64,000 bases of DNA from NCBI GenBank assembly GCA_965248055.1, contig CBDFIJ010000004.1, forward strand, positions 1,024,001 to 1,088,000, in the 5' to 3' direction. The notes under the pieces were generated by a model, which did no database searches, was not told where the DNA came from, and saw only the letters and a list, made by a program, of their open reading frames with translations. This DNA is from Candidatus Multivoradales bacterium (GTDB taxonomy: Bacteria > Acidobacteriota > Thermoanaerobaculia > Multivoradales > JAHEKO01). Position numbers and translations under genes: made by a program. Positions 8,804 through 17,438 of this stretch are shown here, in pieces (positions within the stretch are counted from its first letter, which is position 1; the number at the start of each line of letters is the position of its first letter).

Positions 8804-10780
8804 TTAGCTGGCCTTCTGCTGGTCTTCAGCAGCCTCGTCCTCAGCAGCCCCGTCCTCAACAGACCCGTCGTCAGCAGTTGAGTCCTCAACGACCTCGTCC
8901 GCCTCGTCTACAAACTCAGCATCGATGACTTCGTCCTCGTCGCTGGCCGCGTCGCCACCGGCATCCGGTGCCGCACTCTCTTCAGCAGCCTGCTGATACA
9001 TCGCCTCGGCGAGTTTGTGCGACGCCTGCGACAAGTTGGCCATGGCTTCTTCCATGGTGGTGGCGTCATCGCTCTCTAGTGCGGTCTTGGCGGTCGCCAA
9101 AGCCTCATCCAAGGTTGCCTTGTCGGCGTCCGCGAGTTTGTCGCGGTGTTCACCCAAACTCTGCTCGGTCGAGTAGACCAAGCTGTCCAGCTGGTTGCGA
9201 ACCTCGACGGTCTTACGACGCTCTTTGTCGGTATCGGCGTTGTCTTCCGCCTCACTGACCATGCGCGAAATCTCGTCGTCACTCAAACCACTGGAAGCGG
9301 TAATGGTGATGTTCTGCTCCTTGCCGGTGCCCTTGTCTTTGGCCGAGACGTTGACGATGCCATTGGCATCGATGTCGAACGCGACCTCAACCTGCGGGAT
9401 GCCACGTGGCGCCGGCGGAATGCCTACCAGGTGGAAACGACCGAGAGTCCGGTTGTCCTTGGCCATCTCGCGCTCACCCTGGAGCACGTGAACCTCGACC
9501 GAAGTCTGGTTGTCCGCGGCAGTCGAGAACACCTCGCTCTTGTTAGTCGGAATGGTGGTGTTGCGCTCGATCAAGCGAGTGAACACACCGCCCAAGGTCT
9601 CGATACCCAGCGATAGCGGCGTAACGTCCAGCAGCAGAACGTCTTTGACGTCCCCGGCCAGCACACCACCCTGTACCGCGGCACCGATCGCCACCACTTC
9701 ATCCGGGTTGACGCCCTTGTGTGGCTCCTTGCCGAAAAACTCCGCGACCTTCTTCTGGATCAACGGCATCCGGGTCTGGCCACCGACCAAGACCACTTCG
9801 TCGATGTCACTGGCTTTGACGCCAGCGTCTTTGAGCGCCTGAGCACAAGGCTTCAACGACCGCTCGACCAGGTCACCAACCATCTTCTCCAGCTGGCTGC
9901 GTTGGATCTTGACGTTGACGTGCTTGGGGCCGGAGGCATCGGCAGTGATAAACGGCAGATTGACCTCGGACTCGGAAGCAGTGGAAAGCTCAATCTTGGC
10001 CTTCTCCGCCGATTCCTTGAGCCGCTGCATCGCCATCGGATCGCCGGAGAGATCCAAGCCTTGGTCCTTCTTGAACTCAGTCAGCAACCACTCGATGATC
10101 ACTTGGTCGACGTTGTCGCCACCCAAGTGGGTATCACCGTTGGTCGCCTTGACCTCGACCACCCCGTCGCCCACTTCCAGAATCGAAATATCAAAGGTAC
10201 CGCCACCGAAGTCATAGACCGCGATCAGCTCGTCACCCTTCTTGTCCAAACCGTAGGCTAGTGCTGCCGCAGTCGGCTCGTTGACCAAACGCTCGACTTC
10301 CAGACCGGCAATCTTGCCCGCGTCCTTGGTCGCCTGGCGCTGCGCGTCATTGAAGTATGCCGGCACCGTGATCACTGCCTTGGTGACCTTCTCTCCCAGA
10401 TAATCCTCGGCAGCCTGCTTCAGCTTGCGCAGAATCATCGCCGAAATCTCTGGTGGCGAATACTCCTTGCCACCAGCGACCACCCGCAACGCGCCGTCGT
10501 TGTCGTTGACCTTGTAGGGAACCATCTTCATCTCTTCCGAGACTTCGTCCCGGTTGCGGCCCATAAACCGCTTGATCGAAAACACCGTGTTCTCGGGGTT
10601 GGTCACCGATTGGCGCTTCGCCACCTGCCCCACCAGCCGCTCACCGCCCTCAGTGAATGCGACCACCGAAGGGGTGGTGCGGTTGCCTTCCGAATTGGCG
10701 ATCACGGTCGGGTCTGAACCCTCCATCACCGCAACCACGCTGTTGGTTGTTCCTAAGTCAATACCAATAATTTTGCTCAA
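8804..10780 (-). CDS. dnaK: Chaperone DnaK (Hsp70)
   Basis: [37 protein letters not shown]. Confidence 0.99.
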   Translation of the reverse strand: MSKIIGIDLGTTNSVVAVMEGSDPTVIANSEGNRTTPSVVAFTEGGERLVGQVAKRQSVTNPENTVFSIKRFMGRNRDEVSEEMKMVPYKVNDNDGALRVVAGGKEYSPPEISAMILRKLKQAAEDYLGEKVTKAVITVPAYFNDAQRQATKDAGKIAGLEVERLVNEPTAAALAYGLDKKGDELIAVYDFGGGTFDISILEVGDGVVEVKATNGDTHLGGDNVDQVIIEWLLTEFKKDQGLDLSGDPMAMQRLKESAEKAKIELSTASESEVNLPFITADASGPKHVNVKIQRSQLEKMVGDLVERSLKPCAQALKDAGVKASDIDEVVLVGGQTRMPLIQKKVAEFFGKEPHKGVNPDEVVAIGAAVQGGVLAGDVKDVLLLDVTPLSLGIETLGGVFTRLIERNTTIPTNKSEVFSTAADNQTSVEVHVLQGEREMAKDNRTLGRFHLVGIPPAPRGIPQVEVAFDIDANGIVNVSAKDKGTGKEQNITITASSGLSDDEISRMVSEAEDNADTDKERRKTVEVRNQLDSLVYSTEQSLGEHRDKLADADKATLDEALATAKTALESDDATTMEEAMANLSQASHKLAEAMYQQAAEESAAPDAGGDAASDEDEVIDAEFVDEADEVVEDSTADDGSVEDGAAEDEAAEDQQKAS

Positions 10781-10884
10781 AGTTCATTCCTCCCGACCCA
10801 ATCCAGTGAGTCGCAGTCAATTTGGAGATGCCCAGACTGGAGATCCGCTAGAGCTTTCTAGTCAGGTTTCCGCCGGGTGAATTG

Positions 10885-10914
10885 ACAATATTCGCATGAG
10901 CGCGTCTTTGTCAA
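10885..10914 (-). promoter_or_regulatory. sigma70-type dnaK promoter overlapped by degenerate HAIR (HspR) operator
   Basis: Minus strand TTGACA-N18-TATTGT; CATGAGC-N7-TGTCAAA vs HAIR consensus CTTGAGT-N7-ACTCAAG (9/14). Confidence 0.6.
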
Positions 10915-10953
10915 ATTCGTCCTACACTTTATATGACAAGAATAAGCGCAGAT

Positions 10954-12867
10954 TTATTCCCGGTGTCGGGCCGCCGCCAAACACAGCTGCGTAGTCAGCA
11001 GATCGAGTGCGTTTAACTCGCACCCTTCATTATGGAGACGCTCTAACGTCGCTGCGATATGCATTGTTTTCTTTGACTTCCGATTGGAGACCCCAAGCTC
11101 AACGGCAACCTCACCCCACGCCCGATCCCAGCAAGAATCGCCGATGTCACCTTTGATAGCCGCCTCTATGTCCCTCGGCCACAGTACGCAGTTGTCAAGA
11201 AACTGAGTAGTACGAGGGTGCTGTTCGTTCTGCTGCTGTCCTAGGACGCCCAGAATGGAATTATTGAGATCATTACTCCTCGTATCGCCCAAGGAATGCC
11301 CTTCTCTATGATCCCCGTCCACCACGGCGTACACAGGAATCCCCAATTGCACCAATATTGCGGCAAAGTCTTGTATCTTGTCCTTTCCACCACATTCAAC
11401 AATGTGTCCACCGTAGCCTCGGAACTCATCCCAACGCCCAAACAGCCTTAGGCTGGTCGCGACATGTGCCACATCCTCCAACCCCTCAACCAATACCACA
11501 AATGATGCAAAGAACATTTCCGCTTGGCTAGGTCGAAGACACTGTTCGACCGCCATCATTTGACTGCTAGGAAGCCTTGGCGCGCCGCCACCGGCCTCAG
11601 CCAAAACTTCACACAACTTTTTGTAGCTTAGTCCGGTAACCAAAGCCTCTTGTCTCTGATTATGCCTTCGAACCAATCGTACTGATTCAAATCCACGACC
11701 AGACACAAATTGGGGACTATGACTTGTAACAACTATCTGCACGCCCACATCAGTCGCGAGTCGCTCAAGAACAGCGGCAAGATGTCGCGTTTGTGGTGGA
11801 TGCTGAAAGAGTTCAGGCTCCTCGAAACCCAAGAGAAGAGTTCTCCCCTTATCGGACCTCGCATCCGCCAACTCTTCAAGCACTGCGGCGACATAAGCTC
11901 GCTGCAGCCCATGCCCCGTTCTTGAAAACGTCCCGACAAATTCATCGTCATCGCCGAGATGTACTTCGGCCTGAGGTCGAGCAACTTGAATCGACCGAGA
12001 TGGTTCCGAAGCCCACTGCAGATTCAACGCAACTCTGGAATGGGACCAGGTGCGAAGTCTCTCTCTGAGGGCAGAACGCAGCGCATCAAGATCAACCTGC
12101 CTTCGGTCTATGATCCCCTGATAGTCAGACTCAGTGCGCTTTCGAAGGGCCTCGACCTCTTCATCAAGGGCAGTGTGCCCTTGGAGTGACAGACTTAGAA
12201 GTTCAGCCAGTGCACTATTCCGTGCATCTGTGGATTCATCAGAGGGGTCCTGCATGGCCGGAATCCTGATCCACTGGAGATGCCTTCCTAACTTGCTTCC
12301 TTGTTGCCAGCCGTAGAACTGGTCTCGGCTTTGTATCTCGACGCACTCACCGCGATGCTCTTCTTCATATGTTCGAAGAGCCAACTTCATGTTTGCCTTC
12401 ACTCGTTCGTCGGGCAGGTCTGAAAATTCCTCCCGAAGTTTTGAATATATTCCTCTCAAATCGACCGCAGCCCCGCCACTTGAATCAACTTCGAAATAGG
12501 CAGCGAACCTTTCAATCCCGAGTCTTGATCCAAACTGAACAATTAGAGCTTGCTGTTTTTCAACATCCCACTCCGCGACAGCGCTTACCACCAATTCACC
12601 ACTCCGGACGTAATCCTCTAGTTCGGCCAGCGCATCAACCGAGAGACTCGAAAACGTCAGGGTAATCCGAATTGGCGATGATGTATTTCGGCGATGAAAA
12701 TCCTCTTCTTCTAACGACCCCCCCTTGCGAAAAAAGACATCCATTGCCTCCAAGACCGTAGATTTTCCTGCACCATTTGGGCCTACAAAGCAGACGTATT
12801 CATCGAAGTAGATGGTAATATCCTTAAAGCAGCGAAAATTTTCCACGCGGAGCTTAGTTAGCTGCAT
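10954..12867 (-). CDS. OLD-family ATP-dependent nuclease (ABC ATPase + TOPRIM)
   Basis: VENFRC, GPNGAGKST, GHGLQR signature, FEEPELFQHP, TSHSP, VVLVEGLED, VVDGD. Confidence 0.9.
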   Translation of the reverse strand: MQLTKLRVENFRCFKDITIYFDEYVCFVGPNGAGKSTVLEAMDVFFRKGGSLEEEDFHRRNTSSPIRITLTFSSLSVDALAELEDYVRSGELVVSAVAEWDVEKQQALIVQFGSRLGIERFAAYFEVDSSGGAAVDLRGIYSKLREEFSDLPDERVKANMKLALRTYEEEHRGECVEIQSRDQFYGWQQGSKLGRHLQWIRIPAMQDPSDESTDARNSALAELLSLSLQGHTALDEEVEALRKRTESDYQGIIDRRQVDLDALRSALRERLRTWSHSRVALNLQWASEPSRSIQVARPQAEVHLGDDDEFVGTFSRTGHGLQRAYVAAVLEELADARSDKGRTLLLGFEEPELFQHPPQTRHLAAVLERLATDVGVQIVVTSHSPQFVSGRGFESVRLVRRHNQRQEALVTGLSYKKLCEVLAEAGGGAPRLPSSQMMAVEQCLRPSQAEMFFASFVVLVEGLEDVAHVATSLRLFGRWDEFRGYGGHIVECGGKDKIQDFAAILVQLGIPVYAVVDGDHREGHSLGDTRSNDLNNSILGVLGQQQNEQHPRTTQFLDNCVLWPRDIEAAIKGDIGDSCWDRAWGEVAVELGVSNRKSKKTMHIAATLERLHNEGCELNALDLLTTQLCLAAARHRE

Positions 12868-12925
12868 TGCTGGTCCTCAATTTGTAGCAGAGGCCGTTTC
12901 ATTAAAGCACAAAAAAACCAACGCC

Positions 12926-13141
12926 ATGAACAGAACTCCAGTTGACTCATCCAATATAGCCTCTGTTGGGTACGATTCAAAACGTCGGATTCTTGAGGTC
13001 CAGTTCAATAACGGAACAGTCTACGAGTACTATGAAGTACCCTCGACAACTCACAGCAGCTTGATGTCTGCGGGCTCTACTGGTAGCTACTTCAACGCCA
13101 ATATTAGGGATCGATTCCGCTTTACTAAGATTCAATCTTAA
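12926..13141 (+). CDS. KTSC-domain small protein
   Basis: MNRTPVDSSNIASVGYD...LEVQFNNGTVYEYYEVP...SAGSTGSYFNANIRDRF; ATG at 12926. Confidence 0.9.
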   Translation: MNRTPVDSSNIASVGYDSKRRILEVQFNNGTVYEYYEVPSTTHSSLMSAGSTGSYFNANIRDRFRFTKIQS

Positions 13142-13164
13142 GCGTACAGCGCAGCTGGCTGCAT

Positions 13165-13750
13165 AAGAATTGGGCACAGATCTAAAGTATCCTCAGTAAA
13201 GAAGGGCACATTTTGATCGACGCGCCGATGGAGGAGAACCCTATCTGCCAACTGTCTCAAAGTTGTTGACAGGTTCCGAGAACGCGGCACAGATCCTCGC
13301 CAATGTCGCAGCCCTGGGATTTCGCGTCGAGGACATCGAGATCTTGTTGGCATCGCACGCCCATTTCGACCACACCGGGGGCATGGCGGAGGTCAAGGAA
13401 CGAACGGGAGCCCATATTTCAGGAGGGCAGTTTTCGGAAGCCCCGTTTTCGAAAGCACTGCTGTGGCTGAGCGCGGCGGGCGCGGAGCTTGGCAGCACGG
13501 GAGGCAAGGGGAATTTTCACTTCGGCGATGCGCTTGCCTACCCTGCGGTCGCTGCCGACCACATCCTGGAGCACAGCGCCCCTACAGAAGAGCCCACGGT
13601 TGAGCTCGGTGGACACTCGCTGACCGCGCTGCTAACCCCAGAACATATTGCTCATTAGATATTGGGGGCTGCACCAGTTGGACGTTCGAGGTCATGGACG
13701 GTGACCGAAAGCTCAAGGCGCTCATCGCCTGTAGTCTCACTGCCCTACCT
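13165..13750 (+). pseudogene. Subclass B3 metallo-beta-lactamase-like pseudogene (5' and 3' truncated, three insertions)
   Basis: Fragments EGHILIDAPMEE / NAAQILANVAALGF..SHAHFDHTGG / TPEH..GCTSWTF in shifting frames. Confidence 0.8.
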
Positions 13751-13773
13751 CTCGATCGAGGCAGGAGGTCGCC

Positions 13774-13818
13774 TTGTTCGTGAAGATTGTAAGTTGAATT
13801 GACAATTTTCACGAACAA
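13774..13818. promoter_or_regulatory. 17-bp-arm inverted repeat overlapping TTGACA upstream of AAA+ ATPase gene (probable operator)
   Basis: TTGTTCGTGAAGATTGT-N11-ACAATTTTCACGAACAA. Confidence 0.6.
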
Positions 13819-13833
13819 TCCTAGGATCCTCTC

Positions 13834-15024
13834 GTGCCTATTCGTCGCGATGTTGCCTCCCACATATCTGCATTATGTGAGTCCTTCCCGGTGGTCACCA
13901 TTACCGGTCCCCGTCAGTCGGGCAAGACAACTCTTTGCCGGGATCTTTTTCCAGACAAACCGTATCTCTCTCTGGAATCGCTCGATCAACGCGAGTACGC
14001 GTCAGGCGATCCACGTGCCTTTCTTGATGAATACCGCGAAGGTGCAGTGATCGACGAGGTGCAGCGAGTCCCCGACTTGCTCTCGTACCTACAGACTGAG
14101 GTCGACCAAGACCCGAGGGCTGGGCGGTTCATCCTCACCGGTTCTGCGAATCTCGCCCTTTTGCAGTCGGTTTCACAATCACTCGCAGGCCGCACTGGGC
14201 TGGTCACATTGCTACCCTGCACGCGTCGAGAAATAGAGCGCTTTCCCGACTACCCCCCAGTCTCTTGGAAGCAGGACCTTTGGGAGCACATTTGGCGCGG
14301 TGGCTTTCCTGCAATTCCAGACCGCGGTATCGCCCCTGCAGACTGGTTTGAGGCCTACGTTGCAACCTACGTCGAACGCGATGTCCGCCAAATCACCAAT
14401 GTCACCGATCTGTCGGCATTCCAAACCTTCCTGGGATTGATTGCTGGACGCACCGGGCAGTTGCTCAATCTTTCGCAGGTGGGCAACGACGCGGGCATAA
14501 CCCACAACACCGCAAAGTCCTGGCTCTCGGTACTGGAAACGGGGTACCTCGCTTTCCGGCTGCGTCCGTTTCACGCCAACCTGCGCAAGCGTTTGGTCAA
14601 GTCTCCGAAGACCTATTTCTACGACACTGGGTTGGCCTGCTTTCTGATCGGCATTCGCTCACCCGATCAGTTGGCGACACACCCGCTGCGGGGAGCTCTG
14701 TTCGAGAACTACGTTGTCTGCGAGATACTGAAGTCGATCCTGAACAAGGGTCGACGTCCCCGGCTCTCTTTCTACCGCGACCACTACGGACACGAAGTCG
14801 ATCTGTTGGTGGAGCGAGAGACCGACATCACCGCTGTTGAGATCAAATCGGGCGGTACGATTGCCAGCGACTTCTTCAAGGACTTGAAATGGTTGCGCGA
14901 GCAGGGCAAGGGAACTCTCAATGCGACCATGAATCCGATGTTGGTATACGGAGGAAGAGAAGCACAAGAGCGCAGCCACGCCAAGGTTGTCCCGTGGCCC
15001 GATATCGAAGATTTCAATTGGTAG
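13834..15024 (+). CDS. AAA+ ATPase (AAA_14 + DUF4143, C-terminal PD-(D/E)XK-like)
   Basis: GPRQSGKTTL, IDEVQ, ILTGS, GGFP, KSPKTYFYDTG, GALFEN, EVDLL..VEIKSG. Confidence 0.9.
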   Translation: MPIRRDVASHISALCESFPVVTITGPRQSGKTTLCRDLFPDKPYLSLESLDQREYASGDPRAFLDEYREGAVIDEVQRVPDLLSYLQTEVDQDPRAGRFILTGSANLALLQSVSQSLAGRTGLVTLLPCTRREIERFPDYPPVSWKQDLWEHIWRGGFPAIPDRGIAPADWFEAYVATYVERDVRQITNVTDLSAFQTFLGLIAGRTGQLLNLSQVGNDAGITHNTAKSWLSVLETGYLAFRLRPFHANLRKRLVKSPKTYFYDTGLACFLIGIRSPDQLATHPLRGALFENYVVCEILKSILNKGRRPRLSFYRDHYGHEVDLLVERETDITAVEIKSGGTIASDFFKDLKWLREQGKGTLNATMNPMLVYGGREAQERSHAKVVPWPDIEDFNW

Positions 15025-15051
15025 TAAGTTCTTATTCGGAGGATCGATCAC

Positions 15052-15942
15052 ATGCAGCACGAGAGCATCGGAAACACCGCATTCTCGGCCTCATCCGTCT
15101 CCTACGGCGCCTGGCCGCTTTCCGACCCGTCCCCTCGCCCCACCGAAGCGGAGGCTATTCAGGTGGTCCACGCCGCGTTGGATGGTGGAGCGACGCTGAT
15201 CGATACCGCGGATGCTTACTGCCTGGAGCAGAGCGAGGTGGGGCACAACGAGCGGTTAGTGGCCAAGGCGCTGAAGGCCTGGTCGGGGCCGCAATCTGGA
15301 GCCAAGCATGAGATCACGGTGGCAACCAAGGGCGGGTTCGTCCGGCCCGGCGGTCAGTGGGTGTCGAAGGCCGATCCAGAGCACTTACGCTCCGCTTGTG
15401 AGCATTCGCTGCGATGTCTCAACACCGACTGCATCGACCTGTATCAACTCCATGCCCCAGATCCCAAAGTGCCGCTGGAGGACAGCGTTGGAACGCTGGC
15501 CGCTCTGCAGCAGGAAGGCAAGATTGACAAGATCGGGCTTTCCAATGTCTCGGTGGCAGAGATCGAGATCGCCCGATCGATCGTTGAGATCGTCAGCGTG
15601 CAGAGCCGACTCAATCCGTTCTTCCGTGAGGCGCTGCGCGACGGCGTAGTCGATCATTGCGACCAGAATGGTCTGGTGTTCTTCGCCTACAGCCCGCTGG
15701 GCGGTGGCCGGCTCAACCGCAAGTTGCCCGAGATTCCCGAACTGCAGGCGATCGCCGAGAGCCACGGTGCCTCCAACCATGCGGTGGTCTTGGCCTGGGT
15801 GCTGGCGCAAGGGTCCAACGTGGTGGCGATCCCGGCTGCGCGTAGGATTGCACACGTGCTCGATAGCCAGTCGGCTGCCTCAATCGAACTCAGCGCCGAA
15901 GAACTGGCCTTGATCGACGCGGCGACCTTCTCCATCGCTTAG
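15052..15942 (+). CDS. Aldo/keto reductase
   Basis: IDTADAY, ATKGG, IDLYQLH, IGLSN, YSPLGG, IP motifs. Confidence 0.92.
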   Translation: MQHESIGNTAFSASSVSYGAWPLSDPSPRPTEAEAIQVVHAALDGGATLIDTADAYCLEQSEVGHNERLVAKALKAWSGPQSGAKHEITVATKGGFVRPGGQWVSKADPEHLRSACEHSLRCLNTDCIDLYQLHAPDPKVPLEDSVGTLAALQQEGKIDKIGLSNVSVAEIEIARSIVEIVSVQSRLNPFFREALRDGVVDHCDQNGLVFFAYSPLGGGRLNRKLPEIPELQAIAESHGASNHAVVLAWVLAQGSNVVAIPAARRIAHVLDSQSAASIELSAEELALIDAATFSIA

Positions 15943-15948
15943 GACAGC

Positions 15949-16704
15949 GTGCCAACCTTCGCCCTTTTGTGTCTTCTGCGCCTCTTGGCGGTCGGGGCGG
16001 AAGACGACAATCGCCCTGCTGTCCCGGAGCTTCTGTACGGCAGCCAGACGCAATACCCGATCTGGGTTTCGCTGGATGCGATCAACCAGAACGGTGTCGA
16101 CCCGAACTATCCGCACAATGAGGTGGTGTGGGACAACCGCCCCATCGCACTCATGCCCTCCGCCGAATGCGACGAAACGACCATGATCTACGATCATTTC
16201 GGATGGATCGAGCGCCGCCCGGAGAGTGTTGAAGAGCTGTTGACAAACGAGCAGCCGATACTCCGTTTTGAAATCGTGCATTCGACTCCTGGCTTCTATA
16301 CCGGCATGCCGGCGTTCATGCTCCAATTGCGGACCGAGTGGATGAGCGAATCCGCGTTCCGAAAGTACGGCTGGCGGTCGTACTTCAATGCTGCATTGTT
16401 GGAAGGTTCATTCAGACAAGGGGATCAGTACCAATGCTGGAATCAATTAGGTGATGGAGAGCTTGCTCTCCAATCTCTCACTGTTGGATCAGACGTCCTG
16501 TACTTGCCATTGCACGAAGCATACGGTCACGAGGCTTTGGAGTTCGTATATGCGGAAGAAATCTTCGCGCGAGGCCAGGACGGCACCGAGTTGATCCCCG
16601 ACGAGCTGAGCAAATCCAGCCCATCACCTTTGTCTTTTGAAGTGATTGAGAAGGTGGTCCGCAGTAGCTTACGCCAAGTGGTACAGCCGGAAGACTTCGA
16701 CTAG
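15949..16704 (+). CDS. Hypothetical exported protein (cargo gene)
   Basis: 251-aa ORF with signal-like N-terminus; no family recognised. Confidence 0.55.
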   Translation: MPTFALLCLLRLLAVGAEDDNRPAVPELLYGSQTQYPIWVSLDAINQNGVDPNYPHNEVVWDNRPIALMPSAECDETTMIYDHFGWIERRPESVEELLTNEQPILRFEIVHSTPGFYTGMPAFMLQLRTEWMSESAFRKYGWRSYFNAALLEGSFRQGDQYQCWNQLGDGELALQSLTVGSDVLYLPLHEAYGHEALEFVYAEEIFARGQDGTELIPDELSKSSPSPLSFEVIEKVVRSSLRQVVQPEDFD

Positions 16705-16870
16705 AAACGCTCTAAGTACCCGCTCGTTCGCCGCAGACGGCGTGCGAGAACAGGCCGACTCAGGTGGGCCGGTCGATACAGATTCCCGCCCCTCGCTCCC
16801 CACCCGCTGGAATGACGGGCTGCTACTACCTTTTACCCCACCCGCGTCAGAATGGGAGGGGGCAACCCCC

Positions 16871-16933
16871 TCGATCCAACTCAGCGCCGAAGAACTGGCC
16901 TTGATCGAAGCCGCGACCTTCTCCATCGCCTAG
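16871..16933 (+). pseudogene. Orphan copy of the AKR 3' end
   Basis: Near-identical to 15880-15942 (SIQLSAEELALIEAATFSIA* vs SIELSAEELALIDAATFSIA*). Confidence 0.9.
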
Positions 16934-16934
16934 C

Positions 16935-17390
16935 TATCAACGTATTCAAAACGACACACCCCCAACTCGTCATCCCGGCGGGGAAAGGATTGGGGGGCCG
17001 GGATCTACACATCTCAGCTGCGGAATCTGCACGCCCACCTTGGCAAAGATTCCCGCCCCACGCTCCCCTCCCGCGGGAATGACCGCCTGCTTTGCAGGGG
17101 CGGGTTTTACCCGCCCGCGTCAGAACGGGCGGGGACAAACCTCCCCCCTACTTCTCCATCGCCTAGCTATCTCCGCGCGCCCTTATGACCTACCCAAACT
17201 CGTCATCCCGGCGGGGGAAGGATTGGGGGGCCGGGATCTACGCATCCCAGCTGCGGAATCTGCACGCCCACCTTGGCAAAGATTCCCCCCCACGCTCCCC
17301 GCCCGCGGGAATGACGGGCTGCTTTGTAGGGTCGGGCTTTACGCCCGCCCGCGTCGGAAGGGAGGGGATAAACCCCTCCCCTACACCTAG
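16935..17390. repeat. Two ~233-bp composite REP units (CGTC-type pair + GTAG-type pair); a partial unit also at ~16780-16870
   Basis: GTCATCCCGGCGGGG..GGCCGGGATCT at 16969 and 17202; each followed by GTAGGG..CCCCTAC-type pair. Confidence 0.85.
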
Positions 17391-17438
17391 CTGGCGTATG
17401 CGTACGAAGCGCGGCCCGAGCACTGCTACCATCACCGC

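Noticed and set aside
10954-12867. Gabija or retron system
   Set aside because: No GajB/UvrD helicase or reverse transcriptase adjacent
13263-13658. Functional beta-lactamase resistance gene
   Set aside because: No signal peptide or 5' end, two frameshifting inserts, truncated C-terminus
10878-13810. TGAATTGACAATWTTC at 10878 and 13795 as att sites of the OLD island
   Set aside because: Both overlap promoter-like TTGACA elements; the left copy lies within the dnaK promoter and the right is part of a palindrome; no integrase; probably coincidental
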